Source: Clostridiales bacterium (lineage in GTDB: Bacteria > Bacillota > Clostridia > TANB77 > SIG350). Taken from it: a DNA stretch of 64,000 bases. The DNA is taken from positions 12,120 to 76,119 of the forward strand of contig SVGE01000002.1 in assembly GCA_015056545.1 (NCBI GenBank), given 5' to 3'. The position numbers were made by a program, and so were the translations under genes. Numbering within the stretch: position 1 is the first letter of the stretch; each line of letters begins with the position of its first letter. The notes below the pieces were generated by a model. That model was not told where the DNA came from and searched no databases. It was given only the letters and a program-made list of their open reading frames with translations. Shown piece after piece: positions 41,659-50,727 of the stretch.

Positions 41659-42377
41659 TGATAATGACTTTTTATAATGCAATTATATGTTTAATATTAG
41701 CTGTAGTTGGAATGCTTGTTGGGCAAATTAATTTAGTTTGCTATAAAGTACTTCCATGTGGTGATGATGAAAAAGAACCACCTGTTTTTAGAAAAGAAAA
41801 TTTTAAAAATGAATTTAATCTATTGTTTGGACTTCCTACAATGATACTATTTCCATTGCTTTTCTTAAAATATGGAATAGCTTTAGAGTTTTTTGCTTAT
41901 TCATTATTAAGTGTAGCATTAGTAACAGTTGTAGCAGTAGATTTTAAACATTGTATTATTCCGGATAAAATAAATTTATTTATTGTTATAACAGGAATAA
42001 TATATATAATTGGTTTATTTATTACGAAGCAAACATCAGTAGCAATTAGTCATATATTAGGTGGATTAATTGGAGGAGGAATTTTCCTTGCATTAGCTTT
42101 AATATCTTTAGTTATATATAAACAAGAAGGTATGGGATTTGGTGATGTTAAATTAATGACAGGTTTAGGATTATTTTATGGAATTAAAGGAATTCTTGTA
42201 TTAACATTAGTTGGATTTGCATTAGGAGCAGTTGTTTGTATAGCATTAATTGTTGCTAAAATAAAAAGCATGAAAGACTATATTCCTTTTGGACCATTTC
42301 TTGTAATTGCAGCTACTTTATTAATGTTTATTCCATCAGGATTTTTTGTAGACTGGTATTTAAATTTATTAAAATAA
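41658..42377 (+). CDS. A24-family prepilin (type IV leader) peptidase, short form
   Basis: Both catalytic Asp contexts are present (IIPDKINLF and GMGFGDVKLMTGLG). It is multi-TM, with no Cys-rich N-terminal methyltransferase/zinc region. It lies directly upstream of leader copy 2. Confidence 0.8.
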   Translation: MIMTFYNAIICLILAVVGMLVGQINLVCYKVLPCGDDEKEPPVFRKENFKNEFNLLFGLPTMILFPLLFLKYGIALEFFAYSLLSVALVTVVAVDFKHCIIPDKINLFIVITGIIYIIGLFITKQTSVAISHILGGLIGGGIFLALALISLVIYKQEGMGFGDVKLMTGLGLFYGIKGILVLTLVGFALGAVVCIALIVAKIKSMKDYIPFGPFLVIAATLLMFIPSGFFVDWYLNLLK

Positions 42378-42481
42378 AATAATTATGGCATCTAAGAGAT
42401 AGATGTCATATTTTTTTATAAAACTACTTGAAATGATGAAATACATATGGTATATTACAAACAGAAAAGGGGTGAATAAAA

Positions 42482-42553
42482 ATGTCAAATAAAACCAACC
42501 TAAACTGCCATAAAGTGCTAAATACTAGGGGGGGGGGGATGTTTATAAAATAA
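42482..42553 (+). CDS. Leader sORF copy 2, 23 codons (MSNKTNLNCHKVLNTRGGGMFIK)
   Basis: SD aaaggggtg. The position is homologous to 22291. Confidence 0.35.
   Translation: MSNKTNLNCHKVLNTRGGGMFIK
42528..42538 (+). repeat. Homopolymeric G11 tract
   Basis: Counted directly: 3 G at 42528-42530 plus 8 G at 42531-42538. Confidence 0.95.
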
Positions 42554-42584
42554 GAACATCTTTATTTGACATGCAAAAAAGTAG

Positions 42585-42637
42585 AGAACTTAAGAATATA
42601 TTACGAAAAAAACGTAGTATAGTCTTAGGTTCTTTTT
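42585..42637 (+). terminator. Leader hairpin/terminator copy 2
   Basis: agaacttaagaatatattacg / cgtagtatagtcttaggttct followed by ttttt. Confidence 0.6.
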
Positions 42638-42712
42638 AGTGCGCGCAAAAAAGGACTTAGGCATCCATTAGCCTATAATGGAAAAATTAAATTTTAAAGG
42701 AGGAAAAAGATT

Positions 42713-43963
42713 ATGGAAAAAACAAGTAAAAGAGCTGGAATCAGCTTAGTAGCACTAATTGTAACAATAATTGTACTAATAATATTAACAGCTGCAGTTA
42801 TAGTTACATTTATGGAAGGGGGCATAATAGAGAAAGCAAAAGAAGCGGTATTTAAAAGTGATATAAGAACATATCAAGAAATACTAGCAGTAAAGAATGC
42901 AGAAAAACAAATAGAACTAGCAACAGGAAATGGAGAAGGAGTACAATTAAATGCAACAGAGTTAGCAGAAATACAAGAAATAATACCAGAATTTAAAGAA
43001 GAGTATAAAGATTTAATAGCAATAAGTAATGGAGAAATAGTATTAGGTTCATTAGAAAAAGAGCCATATAGTGGATGGTTAGCAGATTTAGGAATAGAAT
43101 TATCTTCAGAAGCTAAAAAATCTATAACAACAAATTTAAAAGTAGGAGACTATGTAGATTATAATATAGCAGGTGGAACATATAGAATAACTGAAGAAGA
43201 AAGAAGCTGGGTATTTAATGACTTAGATAAAGGTTCTCATGAAAGCAGAACAATAGATTTTGACGAAGGTGAAGATATAATAGAATATCAAGATATAAAT
43301 TGGAGAGTATTAAAAAATGATGGTTCAGTGGTAACATTAATAACTGCAGACCCAGTATATAATATATGTTTGTATGGTAAAAAAGGTTTTTTTGAAGGCT
43401 TAAATAAACTAGATGAGATATGTCAAATAGTATATGGAGGAAGAAACCTAAAAATAGAGGATGTAAATGAAGTATTAAAAGTAAATGTAGGAGAAGATGT
43501 TAATCCATCTTATATGGAGGCGATAGATTATACTCGAATAGAAATGGAAGCTGGGGCAACATTTGGAGATGCAATTGATCATTACGGTTACGATGTAAGC
43601 CAATATCCAGAGTCAGTTAATAATTATAGAGACTATGAATTATCATATTCTTATAATAAGTCAATAGTAACAAAAGCTACTGAAATTGAAAAAGAAATTG
43701 TATTTATAGATAACGAATACTGGTTGTCTTCAGCGTGTATTGATGTATGTTTCCATGATGATGCCTATTTTTGTTTACGTTCTGTAAATGCTAATTATGT
43801 AATGGGACAGTATTGGTTGTATAGACCAAGTAGTCTTGAAAATTTACAAGAATTTGCTCTAGTATTTGGTCTTCGTCCAGTAGTAACTCTTAGTTCTAGT
43901 ACACAAATAGCAGATGTAACTGGAGATGGTTCTAGTGCAAGTTCACCATGGCAATTAAAATAA
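42713..43963 (+). CDS. Prepilin-like N-terminus (G/ISLVA) fused to a C-terminal surface domain of about 300 aa (W-R-V-L motif family)
   Basis: SD aaggagg. The N-terminal 60 aa are nearly identical to 22613 and 59058. It shares EPYSGWLADLGI, DINWRVLKNDGSVVTLI, EDVNE, EYWLSS and the tail GDGSSASSPWQLK with 59058. Confidence 0.6.
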   Translation: MEKTSKRAGISLVALIVTIIVLIILTAAVIVTFMEGGIIEKAKEAVFKSDIRTYQEILAVKNAEKQIELATGNGEGVQLNATELAEIQEIIPEFKEEYKDLIAISNGEIVLGSLEKEPYSGWLADLGIELSSEAKKSITTNLKVGDYVDYNIAGGTYRITEEERSWVFNDLDKGSHESRTIDFDEGEDIIEYQDINWRVLKNDGSVVTLITADPVYNICLYGKKGFFEGLNKLDEICQIVYGGRNLKIEDVNEVLKVNVGEDVNPSYMEAIDYTRIEMEAGATFGDAIDHYGYDVSQYPESVNNYRDYELSYSYNKSIVTKATEIEKEIVFIDNEYWLSSACIDVCFHDDAYFCLRSVNANYVMGQYWLYRPSSLENLQEFALVFGLRPVVTLSSSTQIADVTGDGSSASSPWQLK

Positions 43964-44097
43964 TATATATAAATTTATGACAGAAAAGGAGAATATATTT
44001 CCTTTTCTGTTTTTCTTTTGTATAAAAATAAAATACAATATTGTTAAAATAAAATTAATGTGATATATTGTTAATATCAAAAAAAATAGGAGGAATT

Positions 44098-44946
44098 ATG
44101 ATTAGATTTGGACCAGGTGGAAATGATAGTTTATTTTATAGTGAAGGAAATAAAGAGTCTACTCAAATGCCAGCTTTTTTAAGCAAAAAAGGGCTTAATG
44201 CTTATGAATATCAATGTAATAGAGGTGTTAGAATATCTGAAGCTAAGGCTAAATTAATGTGTGAAGAAGCAAAAAAATATGATATAGATATTAGTGTACA
44301 TGCTCCATATTATATTTCTCTATCAAGTCAAGATGAAGAAAAAAGAATAAATTCAATAAAATATATAACAGATAGCATGAATGCTGTTAAATTAATGGGA
44401 GGAAATAGAGTTGTTGTTCATGCCGGTTCTGTAATGGATATGGAAAGAAGTTTTGCTGTAAAAACTGCTATTGAAACATTAAAAAGAGCAGTAGATAAAG
44501 CAGATGAATTAGGTTTAGGAGATATTCATATATGCCCAGAAACAATGGGAAAAATTAATCAATTAGGAAATGAAAAAGAAATAATTGAGATGTGCAAAAT
44601 AGATGAAAGATTATTTCCAACAATAGATTTTGGACATTTGCATTGTAGAAATCTAGGAAGTTTAAATTCTGAAAAAGATTTTAGAGATTTACTTAATATG
44701 TTTTTAAGTGAATTAGGTTATGAAAGAATGAAGAATTTTCATGCACATTTTAGTAAAATGGAGTTTACACAAGGTGGAGAAAAAAGGCATGTAACTTTTG
44801 AAGATAAAGGATATGGACCACATTTTGAAAATTTAGCAGGTGTTTTAAAAGAATTAAAACTTGAGCCTAATATAATTTGTGAGTCTAAAGATACAATGAC
44901 TTCAGATGCAATGAAAATGAAAGAAATATATATGAATTTAAAGTAG
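44098..44946 (+). CDS. Xylose-isomerase-like TIM-barrel protein (endonuclease IV/sugar-phosphate isomerase superfamily)
   Basis: ATG 44098 follows SD aggagg. It has a pattern of H/E/D metal-ligand strands (SVHAPYY, VVHAG, CPET, DFGH). This is a family-level call only. Confidence 0.5.
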   Translation: MIRFGPGGNDSLFYSEGNKESTQMPAFLSKKGLNAYEYQCNRGVRISEAKAKLMCEEAKKYDIDISVHAPYYISLSSQDEEKRINSIKYITDSMNAVKLMGGNRVVVHAGSVMDMERSFAVKTAIETLKRAVDKADELGLGDIHICPETMGKINQLGNEKEIIEMCKIDERLFPTIDFGHLHCRNLGSLNSEKDFRDLLNMFLSELGYERMKNFHAHFSKMEFTQGGEKRHVTFEDKGYGPHFENLAGVLKELKLEPNIICESKDTMTSDAMKMKEIYMNLK

Positions 44947-44953
44947 GTGACTT

Positions 44954-46015
44954 ATGAATAAAATACAATTGATTTTGGGAGAATTAAATAAAAATAATAT
45001 TGATGTTGAGGTATTTATTGTTACTAATATGTCAAATATTAAATATATAACAGGAGAAGAAATAGAAGGATATATTTTACTTGAAAAAGATAAAACATAT
45101 ATTGTAACAGATGGTAGATATATTGAAGTTGCAAATAATGTTTGTAAAAAAATAGATAATGCAAATGTTATAGATATATTAGATAAAGAAAAAATTGAAA
45201 ATATATTATCTAAAAAGTGTGTTGGTATTGAAGCAGGAAATATTACAGTAGCTAGATTAAATAATATGAAAGAAAAATATAATTTTAAGAAAGTTATAGA
45301 TACAGTAAATATTGTTGAAAAAATTAGATGTATAAAAATAAATGAAGAATTAGATAAAATTCGTGAAGCTTGCAAAATTACTGATAAAGCATATGAATAT
45401 ATAAAAGTATATATAAAACCTGGCATGACTGAAAAAGAGGTGAAAAATGAACTTGAATATTATATGAAAAAATTAGGTGCAGAAGATGTATCTTTTAGTG
45501 CAATTGTTGCATTTGGAGCAAATTCAAGCAAGCCACATCATGTTTCAGGAGATACTAAACTAAATAAACAAGATATAGTTTTAATAGATTTTGGTTGCAA
45601 AGTTGATGGTTATTGTAGTGATATGACAAGAACGTTTTTTATAGGTGGTATAACTGAAAAACAAAAAGAAATATATAATATTGTTCTTAATATTCAATTA
45701 GAAGCTGAAAAAAATGCAGTAAAAGGGGTTAATGTTAAACATTTAGATAATATTGTAAGGGCAGATTTTGATAAACACAATTTAACAGAAAAGTATTTAC
45801 ATTCCTTAGGACATGGAGTAGGATTAGATATACATGAAATGCCTAGTTTATCATATAAAAGTGATTGTAATTTAGAAAAAGGAATGGTTGTTACAATAGA
45901 GCCAGGTCTTTACTTTGAAAATGAATTTGGTATTAGAATTGAAGATACAATAATAATTACAGATGGAAAACCAGAAATTTTATTTAATTCTAGTAAAGAG
46001 ATACAAATAATATAA
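44954..46015 (+). CDS. M24-family Xaa-Pro aminopeptidase/dipeptidase
   Basis: DFGCKVDGYCSDMTRT, HSLGHGVGLDIHE, and the EPGLY...GIRIED metal-ligand set. Confidence 0.85.
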   Translation: MNKIQLILGELNKNNIDVEVFIVTNMSNIKYITGEEIEGYILLEKDKTYIVTDGRYIEVANNVCKKIDNANVIDILDKEKIENILSKKCVGIEAGNITVARLNNMKEKYNFKKVIDTVNIVEKIRCIKINEELDKIREACKITDKAYEYIKVYIKPGMTEKEVKNELEYYMKKLGAEDVSFSAIVAFGANSSKPHHVSGDTKLNKQDIVLIDFGCKVDGYCSDMTRTFFIGGITEKQKEIYNIVLNIQLEAEKNAVKGVNVKHLDNIVRADFDKHNLTEKYLHSLGHGVGLDIHEMPSLSYKSDCNLEKGMVVTIEPGLYFENEFGIRIEDTIIITDGKPEILFNSSKEIQII

Positions 46016-46181
46016 AAATTAAAAGAAAAGTAAGATTTATTCTTATTTTTCTTTTGCATATATAAAGAAATATATATATATTAAAAAATAGGATAAAATA
46101 CTATTGAATATTTAAAAAATAACTGGTATTATACTAAATGAAGGTAATATATAATATATAAAGAAAATAAGAAAGGAGAAA

Positions 46182-46226
46182 ATGATAGATATATCATTTA
46201 AAATAAAATGGCGGATAATTTATTAA
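46182..46226 (+). CDS. 14-codon leader ORF (MIDISFKIKWRIIY) overlapping the topA start codon
   Basis: A strong SD (gaaaggag) lies 6 nt upstream of ATG 46182. The topA ATG at 46208 has no SD of its own. The ORFs overlap out of frame by 19 nt. Confidence 0.35.
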   Translation: MIDISFKIKWRIIY

Positions 46227-48202
46227 TAGTTGAATCACCAGCTAAAGCTAATACAATTAAAAAGTTTTTAGGTTCTAAGTATAAAGTAGTTGCTTCTATG
46301 GGACATGTCAGGGATTTACCTAAAAGTACGTTAGGTGTAGATATAGAAAATGATTTTGAACCTAAATATATAAATATGAGAGATAAAACAAAAACAATTA
46401 AAGAATTGAAAAAAGAAGCTAAAGGCATGAAAAAAATAATTCTTGCAACTGACCCTGACCGTGAAGGTGAAGCCATTGCATGGCATTTAGCACATATTTT
46501 AGATATAGATTTAAATTCAAATTGTAGAGTTACATTTAATGAAATAACAAAAGAAACTGTTACAAAAGAGATTAAAAATGCAAGAAAACTTAATATGGAT
46601 ATTATTGATGCACAACAAGCTAGAAGAGTATTAGATAGAATTGTTGGGTATAAAATAAGTCCATTGCTTTGGAAAAAAGTTCAAAAAGGTTTAAGTGCAG
46701 GAAGAGTTCAGTCAGTAGCAACTAGATTAGTTGTTGAAAGAGAACATGAAATTGAAGAATTTGAACCACAAGAATATTGGTCTTTAATTGCTAATTTATT
46801 AGACAGTAAAAGTAAAAAAAGTTTTGAAGCAAGTTTAATAAAATATAAAGATAAAAAATTAGAAATTGAGTCAAAAGAAAAAGTAGATAAAATAATAGCA
46901 GACTTAAATAATGCAAAATATATTGTAAAAGATGTTAAATTGGGTGAAAGAAAAAGACATTCTGCACCACCTTTTACAACAAGTACACTTCAACAAGAAG
47001 CTTCAAGAAAGTTAGGCTTTGCACTTAAAAAAACAATGTCTGTTGCACAAACTTTATATGAAGGTGTAAAAGTTGATGGTAAAGTTACAGGTCTTATAAC
47101 ATACATGAGAACAGACTCTGTAAGAGTGTCAGAAGAAGCAAGAGCTATTGCAAAAGATATAATAATTTCTAAATATGGTAAAGAGTATTACGAAGGAACA
47201 TATTATAAATCTAAATCTAATAGCCAAGATGCACATGAAGCTATTAGGCCAGCACATATTGAATTTGAACCAAACCAAATAAAAGAATTTTTAAGTAATG
47301 ATCAATTTAAGTTATATAACTTAATATATAATAGATTTATTGCATCTCAAATGTCTAGTGCTGTTTATGATACTATTGCTATAGAAATAGACGCAAATGA
47401 TTATCTATTTAAAGCAACTGGTTCTAAAATTAAATTTGATGGCTTTATGTCTGTATATATTGAAAAAACAGATGAAAAAGAAGAAAAAGAAAAAATGTTA
47501 CCAATAGTTGAAGTAGGACAAGAATTAAAATTAAAAGAAATTAAACCTGAACAACATTTTACAGAACCACCACCAAGGTATACTGAAGCTAGTTTAGTAA
47601 AAACATTAGAAGAAAAAGGAATAGGTAGACCAAGTACTTATGCCCCAACTATTACAACAATACTTGCAAGAAGATATATTGAAAAATCTGAGAAAAAATT
47701 ATTTGCAACAGAATTAGGCAAAATTGTTACTAATTTATTAATAAATAATTTTGGAGATATTGTAGATATTGAATTTACTGCAAATATGGAAACAGAATTA
47801 GATAATATTGAAGAAGGTAAAGAAGAATGGAAACAAATTATTAGAGAATTTTATAAACCATTTGCAATTCAACTAGACAAAGTAGAAAAAGAACTTGAGC
47901 ATGTTGAATTAAAACCAGAAGAATCAGATGTTACTTGTGAATTATGTGGTAGAACTATGGTATATAAATATGGTAGATTTGGTAAATTTTTAGCATGTCC
48001 AGGTTTTCCTGAATGTAGAAATGCTAAACCTATTATTGAAAAATTAGATATCCCATGTCCAAATTGTGGTGGTGAAATATTAGTTAAGAAAAGTAAAAAA
48101 AATAAAAAATACTATATTTGTGAAAATAACAGAGAAGATAATGAAAATAGATGTGAATATATTTCATTTTTAAAACCTAAAAAGAAAAAAGAAGGTAAAT
48201 AG
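46208..48202 (+). CDS. topA: DNA topoisomerase I
   Basis: Toprim N-terminus LLIVESPAKANTIKKFLG and DPDREGEAIAWH. The active-site region is LITYMRTDS. C-terminal zinc ribbons are CELCGR...CPGFPECRN and CPNCGG. Confidence 0.95.
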   Translation: MADNLLIVESPAKANTIKKFLGSKYKVVASMGHVRDLPKSTLGVDIENDFEPKYINMRDKTKTIKELKKEAKGMKKIILATDPDREGEAIAWHLAHILDIDLNSNCRVTFNEITKETVTKEIKNARKLNMDIIDAQQARRVLDRIVGYKISPLLWKKVQKGLSAGRVQSVATRLVVEREHEIEEFEPQEYWSLIANLLDSKSKKSFEASLIKYKDKKLEIESKEKVDKIIADLNNAKYIVKDVKLGERKRHSAPPFTTSTLQQEASRKLGFALKKTMSVAQTLYEGVKVDGKVTGLITYMRTDSVRVSEEARAIAKDIIISKYGKEYYEGTYYKSKSNSQDAHEAIRPAHIEFEPNQIKEFLSNDQFKLYNLIYNRFIASQMSSAVYDTIAIEIDANDYLFKATGSKIKFDGFMSVYIEKTDEKEEKEKMLPIVEVGQELKLKEIKPEQHFTEPPPRYTEASLVKTLEEKGIGRPSTYAPTITTILARRYIEKSEKKLFATELGKIVTNLLINNFGDIVDIEFTANMETELDNIEEGKEEWKQIIREFYKPFAIQLDKVEKELEHVELKPEESDVTCELCGRTMVYKYGRFGKFLACPGFPECRNAKPIIEKLDIPCPNCGGEILVKKSKKNKKYYICENNREDNENRCEYISFLKPKKKKEGK

Positions 48203-48212
48203 GAGGAAAAAT

Positions 48213-48692
48213 ATGAAAAAAGGAAACATTTTAATAGTTATACCAATGTTAATGATATTAATGGGGTCTGTAATATATACAGGGGCGAAAACACCAAAAC
48301 AAAACAGATCAGCAATATTTTATAATGATATATCAATTTTGCAAGAAGCAGTAACACTTCAAGCTTTAACTAATTACGTGGAAAGTCAACAAATGCAAAA
48401 TTATGAGAAAGATAAATATGATGGAATATTATCACAACAACAAGTTATTGGGGAGAATATTAATAATCAATTAGGTAATTCAGTCGTATTATATAAATTT
48501 GAGCAAAATCCGGAAATTGATGCAGGAAATATAGATTTTACACAATTTTGCGCAGATAAGGAAACAGGTACTGTATATCATATAAAAGGAGTTGTAATCA
48601 AGGAAAATGGCAAAAAAACAGTAATATATAATAAAAACACAAAATCAACTGTAAATATTCCAAGTACAGCTATAGATATATCAGAATATTAA
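48213..48692 (+). CDS. N-terminally anchored/secreted hypothetical protein
   Basis: SD aggagg. N-terminal hydrophobic segment ILIVIPMLMILMGSVIY. It starts 10 nt after topA. Confidence 0.4.
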   Translation: MKKGNILIVIPMLMILMGSVIYTGAKTPKQNRSAIFYNDISILQEAVTLQALTNYVESQQMQNYEKDKYDGILSQQQVIGENINNQLGNSVVLYKFEQNPEIDAGNIDFTQFCADKETGTVYHIKGVVIKENGKKTVIYNKNTKSTVNIPSTAIDISEY

Positions 48693-48795
48693 AATTTCAA
48701 AGATAGAACTATAAATTCTATCTTTTTTTACTTATTTTACACAAATATATAATTTTATGGTATAATATTTAAGTAGATTAAAAAGGAGAAAAAAT

Positions 48796-50013
48796 ATGTA
48801 TAAAGAATTAATTAATAAATGTGAATTAGAAGTTAAAGAAGAATTTGAAAAAGTAAATAAAATTGTTGAAGCAAATTGTGAGAAAGTTTTAAAAACATTT
48901 TGGAAATATAATGTTGATGAAACATTATTTAATACATCAACAGGATATGGATATGGAGATAAAGGTAGAGATACAATAGAAAAGATATTTGCAGATATTT
49001 TTGATAAAGAAGATGCATTAGTTAGAATTCAATTTATATCTGGTACACATGCTATTTCAACTGCACTTACAGCTCTGCTTAGACCAGGAGATACAATGCT
49101 TAGTATTTGTGGTAAACCATATGATACATTAGATGAAGTTATTGGTATAAGAGAAAATAAAAGCTCTCTTAAAGCATTTGGTGTTGAATATATGCAAATA
49201 GATTTATTAGAAGATGGATCTTTTGATGAAGAAAAAATTATTAATACTATTAAAGAAAATAAAATTAAATTAATAGAAATACAACGTTCAAAAGGATATA
49301 GTTACAGACCAACATTAAGTGTAGACCAAATTAATAATATATATAACAAAATTAAAGAAGTGGATAAAGATATAATAGTTATGTTAGATAATTGTTATGG
49401 TGAATTTGTAGATTATACAGAGCCTAATGTAGATGTAATGGTTGGTTCACTTATTAAAAATCCAGGTGGTGGTATTGCCCCAACAGGTGCATATATCGTA
49501 GGGAAAGCTGAATTAGTTGAATTATGTGCAGACAGATTATCTGCAGCAGGACTTGGAAAAGAAGGTGGAGCAAGTTTAGGATATAATAAATCAATACTTC
49601 AAGGAATATATATGGCACCAAAAGTTGTTGGAGATAGCTTAAAAATGGGAATACTTACTAGCAGAGTTATGCAAGAATTAGGATATATAGTTTCACCAAA
49701 ATATAACGAAAAAAGAAATGATATTATTCAAACAATTAAATTTGAAGATGAAAATAAATTAATAAAATTCTGTCAAGGAATACAAATGGGGTCTGCAGTA
49801 GATAGTCATGCAATACCTATGCCATGGGATATGCCAGGTTATGATAGTAGGGTTATTATGGCATCTGGAGCATTTACACAAGGTTCATCAATTGAACTAA
49901 GTTGTGATGGTCCTATTAGACCACCATATGTTGCGTTTATGCAAGGTGGTTTAGTATATGAATATAGTAAATTAGGATTAAATAAGGCTTTAGAAAATTT
50001 AGAAAGGGATTAG
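48796..50013 (+). CDS. Methionine gamma-lyase-family PLP protein (YnbB / aluminium-resistance-protein type)
   Basis: The length and pattern (N-terminal helical region, GYGYGDKGRD, ISGTHAI, IQRSKGY) fit this family as I recall it. Confidence 0.55.
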   Translation: MYKELINKCELEVKEEFEKVNKIVEANCEKVLKTFWKYNVDETLFNTSTGYGYGDKGRDTIEKIFADIFDKEDALVRIQFISGTHAISTALTALLRPGDTMLSICGKPYDTLDEVIGIRENKSSLKAFGVEYMQIDLLEDGSFDEEKIINTIKENKIKLIEIQRSKGYSYRPTLSVDQINNIYNKIKEVDKDIIVMLDNCYGEFVDYTEPNVDVMVGSLIKNPGGGIAPTGAYIVGKAELVELCADRLSAAGLGKEGGASLGYNKSILQGIYMAPKVVGDSLKMGILTSRVMQELGYIVSPKYNEKRNDIIQTIKFEDENKLIKFCQGIQMGSAVDSHAIPMPWDMPGYDSRVIMASGAFTQGSSIELSCDGPIRPPYVAFMQGGLVYEYSKLGLNKALENLERD

Positions 50014-50017
50014 TTTT

Positions 50018-50716
50018 ATGATAAATACTATATTAATTCAAGGGGCAATGCTAAAAGAAATACAAATATTTCTGAATAATATGAATAATGCAGAATGTAA
50101 AAATATAAATGGATATAATTTTTATATAGGAAATATTAATAATAAAAAAGTAGTTATATCTGAAACTAAGATAGGGATAATTAATACATCTGTAGCTACA
50201 ATTTTAGGTTTAAATTTATTTAAACCTGATTTAGTACTAAATCAAGGTTGTGCTGGTGGTTATGGTAATATAAAAACAGGAGATATTGTTATTGCCAGTG
50301 ATGTTATTAACATTAATTCATATGAATATGAAAATGAATATAAATTAAAGACATTTAAAACAGATGCTGATGGTGGAGATATAGAAGGAGAGATGATTAC
50401 AAGTGATGGCAAATATTCAGACAGCATATATAATTACTTATCCAAAACATATGATAAAAATGTTATAAAAGGTATTTTAGGAAGCGGAGACTGTTGGAAT
50501 AAGAATATAGATAAAATTAATTATTTGAATAATAAATATAATGTTTTGTGTGAAGATATGGAAAGTATTGCTACATTTAGAGTGTGCAGAGATAATAATG
50601 TAAAAGTTTTGGGTGTTAGGATTATATCTAATAATGAAGTTTTAGGATTGCAATATGATTCAAGTGTTGTATATAGATTGCAAGAATTAATATTAGAATA
50701 TATAAAAAATATGTAA
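50018..50716 (+). CDS. mtnN: 5'-methylthioadenosine/S-adenosylhomocysteine nucleosidase-like (PNP_UDP_1 family)
   Basis: An IQGAM..E N-terminus, a NQGCAGG central strand, and CEDMESIA corresponding to the (V/E)EME(G/S)AA motif. Confidence 0.55.
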   Translation: MINTILIQGAMLKEIQIFLNNMNNAECKNINGYNFYIGNINNKKVVISETKIGIINTSVATILGLNLFKPDLVLNQGCAGGYGNIKTGDIVIASDVININSYEYENEYKLKTFKTDADGGDIEGEMITSDGKYSDSIYNYLSKTYDKNVIKGILGSGDCWNKNIDKINYLNNKYNVLCEDMESIATFRVCRDNNVKVLGVRIISNNEVLGLQYDSSVVYRLQELILEYIKNM

Positions 50717-50727
50717 TGGAGATAATT

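Larger units (their letters stand above)
42428..42712 (+). repeat. Conserved leader module, copy 2 (short form lacking the P2 region)
   Basis: P1 is TTGAAA-17-TATATT at 42428-42456. The sORF, G11 and long hairpin are conserved. After the hairpin the sequence diverges (gcgcgcaaaaaaggacttaggcatccattagcctataatgg). Confidence 0.9.

Noticed and set aside
44938-45426. A 162-aa minus-strand ORF lies opposite the M24 aminopeptidase gene. A 92-aa ORF (46198-46476) lies opposite topA, and a 139-aa ORF (62316-62735) lies opposite hydB.
   Set aside because: The opposite-strand genes carry unambiguous catalytic motifs. The antisense products are low-complexity Ser/Ile/Phe/Leu strings with no start context.
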